64,000 nt of DNA, from contig CM121341.1 in assembly GCA_051530055.1 (NCBI GenBank), positions 7,728,784 through 7,792,783 on the forward strand. The letters are read 5' to 3'. The notes under the pieces are model-generated. The model had not been told where the DNA came from and did no database searches. It was given only the letters and a program-made list of their open reading frames with translations. Numbering within the stretch: the stretch's first letter is position 1; each line of letters begins with the position of its first letter. The position numbers and the translations under genes were made by a program. Source of the DNA: Neoechinorhynchus agilis (lineage: Eukaryota > Animalia > Acanthocephala). This document shows positions 13,197 through 25,099 of the stretch, piece by piece.

Positions 13197-13600
13197 CTAC
13201 ATGAATCGTTGAGCTTTCATGTCGGCGTGAAACTCGGATTCATATTTCCGAGGGAGTTTAGTGAATATCAGGTTGTCGGTAACATTGTGCCCATGCTTAA
13301 AGTCAAGACTGTCAGCGAGGATATCGGCAAAATCGGATGACAGAATCAATTCCTTGTTCCATGACTCACTTGGCCCAGCCGATGAAAATGATGAAAGTTC
13401 ACGTCCTTGGCTGCAGTTTGAAGATTTTTGAGACGTGGAAACTTTACAGAGCTTATCACGGGCTTTTAGTATCATTTTTTCGCTCCTTTGTAAACTTCGG
13501 TCCAGAACCGTTGTTTAAGCTGTTTGTCCCAAAGAAGTCTCACCGCTTCTTTTTTTAAGACAAAATCACGACTTGTCATTTTAGCTTTAAAATAAAGCAA
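13197..13600 (-). CDS. Possible orphan coding segment, broken at an A-run near 13475
   Basis: ORF 13197-13475 (92 aa) plus upstream frame 13472-13678; no recognisable family. Confidence 0.25.
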
Positions 13601-13635
13601 AAAAAACACGCTTAGAAACATTGTCTTATAAGAAT

Positions 13636-15942
13636 TTACAATGACAATGATTTCATCATATAGACTCCTTCGTGGCACAAATCGTATCCAAGTGATCGAT
13701 AATAAAGTCGTGTTCCGATCGCTGTTATAGAAAGGTTATAGATAAATCAAATTAGAGGTGGTTGTGTGTACAAAGAACCTGAAATGATTGCAATCTTGTT
13801 TGATCTATGTTCATATTGGGCAATACGTTCAGCTTCTTTTACTAAACATGCTCCTAGACCCTGATGAAAGTTTAAAAAAACCCACATCCGCCAATATCAT
13901 CCCTCACCTGATGCTGATATTTTGCTTTATCTCTGTTTCCTACACAAGTGATTGGTCCATATACATGCAGTTCTCGTACGATTGAACAATTTCCATTCAA
14001 CTCTTTTCTGAAAATCCGTCTTCCAAGTTTCCTAAGTCTAAGTAAGGCTACTAAAGTATCAGTTTCAGTGTCTTCATAAGATAACATAGTTTCCCAGCTA
14101 TTCTGAGCGGCGTAATCTCGTCTAACCAAAGCAATGTTCGGTAAAAGATGTGCCGAACTAGAGCCAGGCTCTCTGGACCTCACGTCTCGGCATCTCAAAC
14201 CCATTATTGCCAACTTCTTATGAGCGAGTTCGCGTAAATTACCACCACATTCACCTCCTGAACTCATTACCGGGAAAGGAATGTCTCTAAAATTGGATTA
14301 AAACAGAGGTGGGCGCGAGGAGAATACACAAACCGCTGAACGCGATGAACGCGAACGTATGGAGGAATTAACGATAGAATTTGGGCCATTAAGTTCACTA
14401 TTATCGAAGGTGGATGCACTTTGAATAGTCCTCGTCGCCATAACTCATAGAGACCTGTACTTCGAATGACAAGAGTTGGATAGATCTTTAATCCATCACA
14501 CCTAAAAGCGGGGTTCTCGAACATTTCCTACGCGATAGTACAAAATTTTATCATTAATTTAAGCTACTGACCTTGAATTGAGCAATATCGCGTTCCAGAT
14601 CAACGTTTGGTAAATTCGGCATCATGTGAGTTACTAACTTTAGTCCACAATCCACGACATTCTCAAAGCATTCAGCGGCCGCGTGAACAGTATGTCCTCG
14701 ATTGGTGTCTCTAGCAACGTCTTCGTACAAACTCTGAACGCCAATCTCGACTTTTGTAACTCCATAAGACAACATATCGTTCAAGTGCGGACGAAGACAA
14801 TAATCCGGTCTTGTCTCGATTGTAAGACCTACGTTCTTGTACAAACGAGAATTCTCTGCCATTTTTATGGCTTCACATAAACAAAATAAACCTTTGAGTT
14901 TAGTTTCATTCTCATTTTAAAAAAAAAGTTGGTTTAAAAAAATTTGTCCCCCAAAAAAAGGAGAATGCAATGTTCGCTTTTTCCCCGTTATTGTTCAATG
15001 AAAAAGTGAGCGAAATATTTAAATCGTGAACTTTTCAAAAAAAAGAGAAGCAATCACCTTCTTCAAAGGTTTACTAAATTAAAGTAGTCGAATTGTGTCC
15101 CGATAAAGCATCATTTAGTCCAATGATGAATTGTGTTCTATAAGAAGAAGGAAGAGCCATGAAGGTTCCGCCTAAGATAACAAATTCTATTTTATCGGCT
15201 AAATGGCCCATCATTTTAAACTGATTAAAATATTTAAATCGTGAACTTTTCAAAAAAAAGAGAAGCAATCACCTTCTTCAAAGGTTTACTAAATTAAAGT
15301 AGTCGAATTGTGTCCCGATAAAGCATCATTTAGTCCAATGATGAATTGTGTTCTATAAGAAGAAGGAAGAGCCATGAAGGTTCCGCCTAAGATAACAAAT
15401 TCTATTTTATCGGCTAAATGGCCCATCATTTTAAACTGATTAAGACGGTCTTTAACTTGTAACAATGGATCGTATCTAACGGCCATTGCTCGCATCGAGG
15501 TCGGTTCCGTTCCCGTGTACGATTGAACGGTGTACTCAAAATCTGAATCCGGTCCACCGGGACAATAAACGCATACATTTCCAGTGAATGCGAGATGCGG
15601 ACATCGATGGGGTTTGCACATTACTGAGACTACAGCGATGCCGCTAGAAGTTCTGATGGGTTTCGCGTTTAGAACACGAGAAATTCGGATTCGGTCGGGC
15701 AATGGAATTGTTTTAAGCACTTCAATCAGTCTAGGGCACTGTTTTAATCGGTACTTTTTGCATATTTCAACTAATAGTCTAAATTGAAAAAAGATTAGTG
15801 TGTGGGCGAGAAAATAAAGGTTTATATCGTACTTTTCGAAATTCGGACGAATATGGTCGCGGTCAATGGATATTTTCAATCGATTGGCCAATTCCAACAG
15901 CGCATTTTGCTTTTCTTCACTGTACTCCGTGATTTTGGACAT
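13636..15942 (-). CDS. ELP3: Elongator complex protein 3 (radical SAM + KAT); 7 exons
   Basis: [72 protein letters not shown]. Five canonical GT-AG introns of about 44-56 nt (e.g. 14525-14568) plus one non-canonical at 14876-15289; last exon ends [10 protein letters not shown] at 13636. Confidence 0.97.
14876..15289 (-). other. ELP3 intron 2, non-canonical (GT...TG or AG...AT) with 11-bp inverted repeat
   Basis: Joins STTLI to (Y/C)EAIKMAENS; taaacctttga at the 5' end and its complement at 14887-14897. Confidence 0.75.
15016..15445. repeat. 215-bp tandem duplication spanning the 3' part of ELP3 exon 2 and the start of intron 2
   Basis: [50 protein letters not shown] is encoded twice (ORFs 15074-15268 and 15289-15942). 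Confidence 0.92.
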
Positions 15943-16142
15943 TTGTGAGACGAAAATTATGGGAGAACGCGAACGTTTAGAGCATTACTAATTCGGATGC
16001 CTACGACACTTGTCGTACTGAGCGAATAGCTGAAAAGCACAAAGGAAAGGGATTTTCGATCCGAAACGTATTTCGAAAAGAACTGCATTTTCCTAAATTC
16101 GTTCCAGGAAAAATGGAACGATACAAAAAAAGAGAAATAATC

Positions 16143-17230
16143 TTTTGAAATACTACTTGATTTTCCAGCCGCTTAATTGATCAAGTTTTTCTTTTTCGAA
16201 AATGGACACTTGGGATGTTGTAATGATAAAATCTTTATTCCGAGAGTTTTCGCCGTCTTATGGCTTCTTCAGAAGTGTGTTAAAGTAGCGACATTGAAGT
16301 GTAGAAAGTTCATTCATTTTGTTGAGCAGTTCTGGGGGCTTTGTCGATTTGGCCTTTAGAAACTGTAATGATCGATCTAAACTATCCCCTTAACAGCTTT
16401 TGAGATATTAAAAACGAATTCTCCTCAACTCATTCACCATTCGTTATAAATGACGGAGAAATAATAGTGTTTAGGAGACATCGCTTGAACTTTTGAAATG
16501 CTACTTGATTTTCCAGCCGCTTAATTGATCAAGTTTTTCTTTTTCGAAAATGGACACTTGGGATGTTGTAATGATAAAACTTATTCCGAGAGTTTGCCGT
16601 CTTATGGCTTCTTGAAGTGTGTTAAAGTAGCGACATGAAGTGTAAAAGTTCATTTGGCCTTTAGAAACTGTAATGATCGATCTAAAATCCCTTAAAGCTT
16701 TTGAGATATTAAACGAATTCTCCTCAACTCATTTACGATTCGTTATAAATGCGGAGAAATAATAGTGTTAGGAGACATCGCTGAATTGAAATGCTACTTG
16801 ATTTTCAGCCGCTTAATTGATCAAGTTTTTCTTTTTCTGGGGATTTGTTGATAAATCTGAGAGTTTTGATTTTGGGGTTTGCTTTCTTTAAATTTAAGTT
16901 TGGGCTTTGGTTTGGCTTTAGAAACTGTAATGATCGTCTAATCCTTAAAGCTTTTGAGATATTAAAAACGAATTCTCCTCAACTCATTACATTCGTTATA
17001 AATGACGGAGAAATAATAGTGTTTAGGAGACATCGCTTGAACTTTTGAAATGCTACTTGATTTTCCAGCCGCTTAATTGATCAAGTTTTTCTTTTTCAAA
17101 AATGGACACTTGGGATGTTGTAATGATAAAATCTTTATTCCGAGAGTTTTCGCCGTCTTATGGCTTCTTCAGAAGTGTGTTAAAGTAGCGACATTGAAGT
17201 GTAGAAAGTTCATTCATTTTGCTGAGCAGT
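16143..17230. repeat. Degenerate tandem repeat, ~350-bp unit with deleted middle copies, ~3.5 copies
   Basis: ttgaaat(a/g)ctacttgattttccagccgc at ~16144, 16492, 16786, 17044. Confidence 0.9.
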
Positions 17231-17498
17231 TCTGGGGGCTTTGTCGAGTTCGTCGCATTGCGTGCGAAAACACCATTCCTACCCTGTGAACATTTAAATT
17301 TGGCATTTTTCCCCAATTTCTTGAGCGAAAAATGGCAGAAGGCGAAGATTGTGAGTAGCGAAATTTCAAGATCAGTGGACTAATTTGGGTTATTTTTGTC
17401 TAACGATAATGAAATTGACTCTGAACAAAATGACTTTGTGGTTCATTAAACGACAACAACCCCTGACAAACGGTCTTTAAAATACCGCTTATTTCGAT

Positions 17499-18899
17499 TC
17501 AACTGAATTTGCATTTAGAAAAGTCCATTTCAGGATGTTGTTCCATAAACGTCTTTAACATGTCCCGTTTCTTTTGTTCGTCGGATGTTGGAAGACCCAT
17601 TTCCTTTTGGCGCTGGTCATACATCATTTTCTCAACAACACTCCTCGTTTCGCCGTCCAAGTCTCCTAGTTTAGAGTTATCCGGAACTATTTTCTGAGTA
17701 TTCAATTCGGGATCCCCTTCGAGCAGCCTATTCCACCATTCCATTTGGTTCACCTTTTGAAGGTTTACACAAACAACGCGGCCTTCCTCCAAAGTCCAAA
17801 TGGATTCCTCCATTTTGACATCCGCATGAAGGTCGCGATCAATGATGGGCGGATCGGGTCCTTTTACTTTAATAGTCAAATGACGCTTTTGGATTGAAAC
17901 CAATAGGTCGCGGGAACGAAGACGGCACGGGAGACGAATGCGGACGTCAACTTCCGAGAGGGTTTGTGTCCATGAATAGGTGTCAAAGTCCGAACCATTT
18001 CCACGATTTGGCTTAAGTCTTCCATCATCCTTTTCATCTTCATCGGATCCACAAGATGGTCGATCCTCCTTTCGTGCCTCTTCTTCCTTCTGAATCCTAG
18101 CTGCTTCTTCGTCCGTCACCGAAAAATGTTCTGTTCAAAGCAATAAAGCAAATTAATGATTCTTAGAGAAAGAAAAAACCTTTTTCGGATGATAAAGGAA
18201 TTTTGGTGATGATAATCCCCTCCCGAATAAAAAATATTTTTATGAAATATCTTTAATCCGGAAAGGATTATCAATACCACAATTTTAAAGTATTATTAAA
18301 AATCTTGAAACAAAAAAGGTTTAATCATCTTTAGAGAAAGAAAAAATCTTTTTGGGATGATAAGGGAATTTTGGTGATGAAAACTTTGTAAAAACAATGA
18401 AATATTCTTTACCCGGAAAGGATTATCAATACCACAATTGAAAAGTATTATTAAAAATCTTGAAACAAAAAAGAGTTTAATCATCTTTAGAGAAAGAGAA
18501 AATCTTTTTGGGATGATAAAGGAATTTTGGTGATGATAATCCCCCGCCTCTCACCCGTCTCCCCTAGGCCAAATTCAAGATATCTAACAGATCATTTTTT
18601 GTTACCTCAACGATTTTAGCTTCTTCATTTACCTTTCGTTTCTGCTGCAAGCGTCTTTTCTCGGCCTTCTCGAATTCCTTCTTCTTTTCTTCGTTTTTCA
18701 GCTCAATTGCAAATGTTTCCCATTTCTTAAAGGATTCAAAAACCGTCTCCTGGACCCGCTGACCACCGGTAAAGAAATCAGTTTTTCGTGCCAAAAATCC
18801 GAATACGATATCCAACAACTCTTTCGGCCCTTCGGTCAGTTGAGAAACCAAAGTAAACAACATCCCATCGAATTTATCGGCATCGCCATTTTTCTCCAT
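17499..18899 (-). CDS. NUDC: Nuclear migration protein NudC (CS/p23 domain); 2 exons (18899-18606, 18119-17499)
   Basis: [81 protein letters not shown]. Confidence 0.96.
18120..18605 (-). other. NudC intron, non-canonical (GT...CG or AA...AC), 14-bp TIR and 6-bp degenerate direct repeat; contains ~157-bp repeats
   Basis: ggtaac-a-aaaaatgatctgtt ... aacagaacattttt-c-ggtgac; joins AKIVE to [10 protein letters not shown]. Confidence 0.8.
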
Positions 18900-18992
18900 T
18901 TTAATAAATTAAGAAAAAAAAGTCTCACTTTCGACTACTTAGAAATTTGTTTGCTCTTTAGCGCGTATTTAAAAATGCAAACCGACTACCAA

Positions 18993-19000
18993 TGACGTCA
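18993..19000. promoter_or_regulatory. TGACGTCA (CRE/ATF-type palindrome) flanked by CCAAT boxes ~95 bp upstream of NudC
   Basis: ccaatgacgtcaccaat; same octamer at 26838-26845 upstream of RPL26. Confidence 0.35.
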
Positions 19001-19164
19001 CCAATCCTGTTGAATTCGATATTTTGGACGTATAATCTTAAGAAAAACCAACAGAACGAAATTGGAGCTCTAGGAACAGGTTATAATTAAGAGCAAAAAA
19101 AATTAAGAAAAAATATTAAAAAAATTTAGGACTTGTACTAATCAATGTCTCTGGATTGTTGAAA

Positions 19165-19760
19165 TGGCCTTTCATACAGTAGCCTGAGGACGAATATTGC
19201 GTCGATTGTGCTGACGTGAATCCTCGTTGGTCCTCGCTGATTCTGATCTCCTCTCCAATCCTGTGATCGATCATTCGTTTCCACAATTTCATTGTGTGAG
19301 ACATGAGTTTAATGGTGCAGTAGCTCCTACTCTACAGAACATCTCCTTTTCTTTTGAAGATCGGTATCAATATGCTTCCCTGTCATTCCGACGGGATCTT
19401 TTCCTCCATATCTATCTTCTGAAAGAGCCTCGTGAGCAACTTTATTCCGAAGACTCCCAAGGATTGCCACAACTCGATCGGAATGTCTTCTGGACCCCGG
19501 CTATTACCAGTCTTCATTTTCCTGTGCTCTGCAGCCACCTCATCGTCCGAGTACGGTCTCGTCACATTGACATTCGGGTGTACGTCCTCTAGAGGCAGTC
19601 TGTCACTCTCAGTGTTCAGCAGAGTGTTGAAATATTCCTTCCACCTATCCAAAATGTCCTTGCATTCGTCCAGCGTCTTTCATCGCGCGATTTTCTATCC
19701 CTGATTTTGGCCAACCTCAAGACACGAAATCTAAACATCCCATTGAATTCGTGAGAGCGC
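19165..19760 (-). mobile_element. RTE-clade LINE fragment (linker + RT N-terminus)
   Basis: LDRWKEYFNTLLN...RKMKTGNSRGPEDIPIELW...IKLMSHTMKLWKRMID; near-identical to the 38650-41395 unit. Confidence 0.88.
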
Positions 19761-20012
19761 ACGAAGGTATCTGATAAAATAACTAAAGATTTTCTTCGTG
19801 TCAACCGTTTACCTGATTTTCTTGTCCTAAAATTAAAAAAATAAAAAACTTTATAATCGATGGTTCATTTCATTTAAAAAATTTACCCGGACGTTTTCTA
19901 CTTCGTCTGGTTAAACTTTGTCGGATTTAATAATTACTAAACCGTTTTTCAAAGGTGAAACACGCAAACGATTGAAATTATCGCGAAAACCAACTTAGAA
20001 ACCATTTTATTT

Positions 20013-20717
20013 TCAATAACATTTTCCAAAAGTGCTGCCAACAACTATTGCGCACATTAACATTATAAATATTGCCGTCCATATTATCCACCGAATACAA
20101 CGATCATCTCCATCTGAATAATCTTCTGGTTCCTTGCTCTTTGTTGTCAAAGTCGTGGTTGTTCTTATTTTGGCTGTATTTGGTTCTTTTAATTTTTTAT
20201 GGTGACCTTTAAATGTCGCTCTGTCTTCATTTTCGATATTCGGCATTCGACTAACTTCTTCTTTTTCCTTCAAGAGTGGAATATTAAATATTTTGTTTTT
20301 ATCCGCATTGATAACATCGTCGACAATCTTTGCCCAATCTTCTTGGTAATCTTGCCACTTCTTTGTATTCTGGGTTTTATTTTCTTCATTGTTGGTGTAA
20401 ACATCAATTTTAGGACGATTTACTTTCTTCATCAACTGTTCTGTGTGCTTTTCGTGGTCATTTTCTAAATCCTTTCCATTTGCCTCCAACTTAGAACCAC
20501 CGAAGCATTTGAGGACCGTTTGAAATATCATACGAAAACCTTTCAATTTTTTCGTTTTGTTAATGTTTTCAGAATTCTGAATTGTACGTTTATTTGAATG
20601 ATTTTGCTTTAGGCAAAAGAGTTTTCTCATCACTAAAAGAAAAGATGTTGAGAACATGCAGTTCAAAATTTTATACTCACTTTTCATTTCACTACAATTA
20701 AAGCGGCAATATAACAA
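20013..20717 (-). CDS. Orphan protein with charged low-complexity body and C-terminal transmembrane helix (tail-anchored-like); likely start MIFQTVLKCFGG
   Basis: Open 234-aa frame with protein sequence identical to 50322-51026; C-terminus IRWIIWTAIFIMLMCAIVVGSTF. Confidence 0.6.
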   Translation of the reverse strand: MLYCRFNCSEMKSEYKILNCMFSTSFLLVMRKLFCLKQNHSNKRTIQNSENINKTKKLKGFRMIFQTVLKCFGGSKLEANGKDLENDHEKHTEQLMKKVNRPKIDVYTNNEENKTQNTKKWQDYQEDWAKIVDDVINADKNKIFNIPLLKEKEEVSRMPNIENEDRATFKGHHKKLKEPNTAKIRTTTTLTTKSKEPEDYSDGDDRCIRWIIWTAIFIMLMCAIVVGSTFGKCY

Positions 20718-21499
20718 AAGTGAAATGTTTAAGGATTAAAAGTTGCCATAGTGATGCTAATTTTTTTCTTGAATTCTGATTGGATAGATTTTAACCTTAT
20801 CAATCTGCCGCATTTGAAAGAAAATAATTTGATTGTTTTAAGCTTAAACTTAGCGCGATCATCAAAGGATCGTTCAATATTTCTTTGATCTTTTACGTTT
20901 GAAATTCGCCACTAAAATTCATTCGAACTCAATTTTATGTTTGAGGTCGTCAGGTTACGTTCGCTGTTTTTTTGAAATAAAGAAATAAGTAGTCTTGTTC
21001 CAAACAAATTTAATTCGTTCGTCGCTTTTAAAGGATCATTGGTCGACCTTTATAAAATTCCGCATTTTCACTGTTGCGCTTTTCTTGTTATTCGTTTGAA
21101 CTTGTGAAGCGTAAATCTACAGAAAAGAGATTCAAATAGTTTTATGTTTGATTACCACCGAATGCGAGTACTTTTTTCCGCATTGAGATAGATCTTTTCT
21201 TAAGTCCCTTTTAATTCTTAGCGGTCCCAACCGTCAGTATAACTGTGAAACCTTTATCGCATCACTAAGTGTTCAACAACGACGGTACAAAAACACGACC
21301 ATAAAAAGTTGCAAGAAATAAAAAAACAATTTTTACGTTCTATACGACAAAAAACTTCCTATTACATTTTTTTCTTACCTCGACTTTTACCTTTTGTGTG
21401 GTACAATTTACTTGTTGGGTTTCAAATTGAGAATTTCTTCTAAACATGCAAACATTTACGATGATTGAATAAACATTTTTGTTTGTCGATTCCTTATAT

Positions 21500-21935
21500 T
21501 AGTTTTGCAACCTCCGTTCGGATTTGAATCCACTGATTATTTCCCCGATATTTCACCTCGCGAACAATTCCCAAAGTTCTTGAAAAATTATCTTCGGGGG
21601 GAAAGAGACTTTCTTAGTTCTGCAACCTCCATTCGGATTTGAATCCACTGATTTATTTCCCCAATATTTCACCTCGCGAATAATTCCCAAATTTCTTGAA
21701 AAATTATATTCGGGTGGAAAGAGACTTTCTTAGTTTTGCAATCCTCATTCGGATTTGAATCCACTGATTTATTTCCCCGATATTTCACCTCGCGAATAAT
21801 TCCCAAAGTTCTTGAAAAATTATCTTCGGGGGGAAGAGACTTTCTTAGTTTTGCAACTTTCATTCGGATTTGAATCCACTGATTTATTTCCCCGATATTT
21901 CACCTCTCGAATAATTCCCAAAGTTCTTGAGAAAT
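21500..21935 (-). repeat. ~113-bp satellite (Sat-A), ~4 copies
   Basis: Reverse complement of the gtgaaatatcggggaaataaatcagtggattcaaatccgaat unit seen at 42850-45340. Confidence 0.92.
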
Positions 21936-21969
21936 TTTTTTTTGAAAAACATAATATATTTTTAACAAT

Positions 21970-24960
21970 TCAAACAATCTGTTTGAAGCACACTCACCAC
22001 CTCCCGCCAAATTCCAGCTTTTGTCCTTCCTCGACCGTCGCCATCACGCTGGCAGCATTGCCTCGTTGTACTGCCAGCGAGATATTTTGTCGAAGGAATA
22101 CACCTGCTCTTGAGTCTCCGGTTGCCTCTCTCAATTTCTTCGAGACATCCTGAAGCAGAGACAGTGCCGAGCTGCCGAGCGCTCCATACGTCTCTACCCC
22201 AAAGGGGACAAAATAGTGACCCCTCGATAACTGAATATATTTCCGTATTTTCCTCCCTTCCGCTGCACTGGCGGCACCACCGGCGATTTCGAGGGAGTAG
22301 GGGATGTTGCTGGCTGCGAGGGTGTCCACACACGTGGCGTCCCAGAAAAGGCATTTGCCTTCCCGCCACGGGAAGACCGAAATTCCTTCGGCCCTACGAC
22401 CGTCTAGTTGACAAAGGTGGGCGGGTTCCAGGATGTTCGGGAAGTTCGCCGTTCTCAACGCCCGAGAAATTACGCTGTTGATCTCAGAATGGCGTAAGAA
22501 CCTTCGTTCTGACTTTCGGCAAACGAGAGTGTCGTCCGAAAGCATAAACCAAAGAACGACAGCGACGGGGCGTGCATTTCGGGAGACCAACTCTTAAGGA
22601 TACTGAGATCCTCGTTACCTCATCAGTGAGAAGAGTTCCCATAGATGTCAGAGGAACAGCCTCAAACCACGCCCCAGATTCTCGTGTTGAAACTGGCAAC
22701 AGTCTAGCTCGGACGACCCCATCGCGAGAACCGGAAAGTAGAGAGCTGTAAGCTCTCGCGACAAGAGGTCCGTCCCAGATCGACTGTCTGGGGGCCATTC
22801 ACGGGAACATGATTAGCGCCTGTCTGCTGGCACCATTCCTCAACCGCCACCACGAAATCCCTGTCAAGACAACTTTTCCTTCAAGATTTTCTTCGATACT
22901 GGTAGGCTCCCTTCAAACGATCCAAGAAAGGCCGGAAAAGCAAGGTCCACTAGTGCCCGAATCCCCAATCCCCCAGATGAGACAGGGCCTCATCTGAGAG
23001 CTGGACATTTAAAATACGCTCGAGACAAGCCCTCACCTTGCCGTCGAGCTTAGCCAATCCTTCCTTATGTTTGAAAAATATTGCTGTGCGAACCTTGTTC
23101 AATAATTTGGGGATGAAGAGCGCGTTCTTTATGAGAAACAAGGCTTCATGAGCCGAGAGAGCGCACACCCTATCGCACAGCAACGAAAGTTTCGGTATGA
23201 TATGGCCGATCTCATCATCCACATTGTAATCGAAGACGCAACTGCTCAGGAGGCTGAGTTGCTCTGGAGTCACGAGTTTCAGACCTGGAGCTACGGCCCC
23301 GAACCCAGCCATTAGTTCCTTGACTTTGGCGGGGTCTCCAATATTCAATACAAGGACCTCACATTTTCCAGCATTGAGCTCCATGCCCATCTCCGAGGTC
23401 TCCCTAATCAGCGTATCCAAATCGCGCAGTACAACGGAGGGATCACCTCCGAGCGTAGCGTCATCCAAGTATCAAGCGTTGAAGCTGGAATGGAGAGAAT
23501 GCGCTATTGGATTTACTGTTAGGGAGAATGCGATTGGACCGAGAGGATCTCCTTGTTGCACTCCTCTTTCAGACCAAATGAGGTGGTCTTCGAAAAGCAA
23601 AGGAGTCGCGGTCCCGTAGGCATTGAGAAAATACTGGAGGGCTTCTGGGGCATGATCCCTAGTTGCGCGGAACATGGTTTCTCTATTGAGAGAGTTAAAG
23701 GCGTTCCGAAAATCACACTTAAAAATCACGCACGGCTCTGAGCTTCTCGTAGCAAAGTTTCGGAGCGAGTGGACAATAGCTTCCGCCCCGCAGGATGCGC
23801 AGCAGCCCAGTTAGACTGGACGAAGTTGCTGTCCGGTTTTCTCTGTAATACGTTTGCAGAGAATTTTTCCTGCGAGTCGGCGTATCGTCGAAGATACGGC
23901 GATGGGACGGATCCCACCTTCTTTTTTTTGTGAGCGCACACAATGAGGCTCCGAAAAATAGGTCCTTTTCAGAGGGGTTTAGGTCCTCTATAGTCAGGCG
24001 GTCGACTATTCGAGAAAGCGCACTTCCTAGAAAGAGAGCTGCTTCACCAGTTGAAAAGGACATCATGTCCTTTAGGTGCTGAGGCCTTAGTCCGTCAAGC
24101 CCATGACCCGAACCATTTGCAAAAGATGAGATGGCTTTTTTCAACTCAAAAATTTGAGTGGGCGTCCTGTCTTGTATGGGAGGAGATGGAATTTCAAAAC
24201 TTCCGCTACTGCATGGGCGCTTCGACCGGAGTATTTCTAGCGTTTCGCTGTCTCCTTTTGCGAAACTGTCGGAGGATGACAATAACCGAACAGCCCCCCC
24301 GAACATCCCCGTCCGCAAGCTTCGAAAAGACACGCTCAGTTTGAGCAATCCCGTAAATGCTTTGGCGACCAGATATTACGCGCCTTTATGGATCTGTTTC
24401 AGGACGTTCCTGGGCAGAAACCGCACGATATCAAGTATCGAAATAGAATCAGTGGTGATTGGAGGGGTCTCAGGCACGAATGGTTCGGTTAATTGTGGTG
24501 GGCGGAGATCCCGGGGACCATGGACAAACAAAACCCCCAGATTGGTTAATTTAAAAGACTTACCGCAAACTGGACACAAACCAGTAGAGACGCGTGGGAG
24601 TCTGGAGCGTTGGTCTTCTCAGGTTGACCATGATCGATGAGTGGCGCGTTCAAATTATCTGCGTCAGCAGCGTCGATTGTAGGCGATTTGAACACATTGT
24701 GACGTAATTTGGAATTTCGGCAAAACCTATCCGATGCTGAGATCGTCCTGAGCCTTCTTGGAGGTATAGGGCTGGGAGGTGAATCTGATCCGTCGCTATA
24801 TCCATCGTCTGATTACCTCATATTCGTTCCGTCAATTTCCATTGTTTCGCAGGATTTCTGAGTTTTAGTCTGCAATCCGTGTTTGTAAGTTCTTGGGCTT
24901 TATGTCTTCCATCGATTTGACCGAGTAGCCTATTTCGATTGCTTCCATTATCAAACGATT
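21970..24960 (-). mobile_element. Near full-length CRE-clade non-LTR retrotransposon (N-terminal Zn-finger-like, RT, RLE endonuclease), frameshifted
   Basis: CPVCGK...HGPR; VLKQIHKGA; GLDGLRPQHLKDM; DFRNAFNS; GVQQGDPLGP; LDDATL; FWDATCVDTLA; FVPFGVETYG; RQNISLAVQRGNA; short A-run at 3' end near 21946-21953. Confidence 0.92.
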
Positions 24961-25099
24961 TCATAAATATGGCTGTACGTTAATTTACACACATTCGCTT
25001 AATAAAAATCAATTTGATGTCCACAATTCACCACATGACTGGATGAAGCTGAGTCTCGGTTTGGTCTGCCCCACATATTTCACGCCGGGCGCTCTTTGC

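Noticed and set aside
22484-24579. Programmed frameshifting in the CRE element
   Set aside because: There are multiple scattered shifts without slippery-site context, and the 49035-49545 copy has different indels. Decay or consensus error is more likely.
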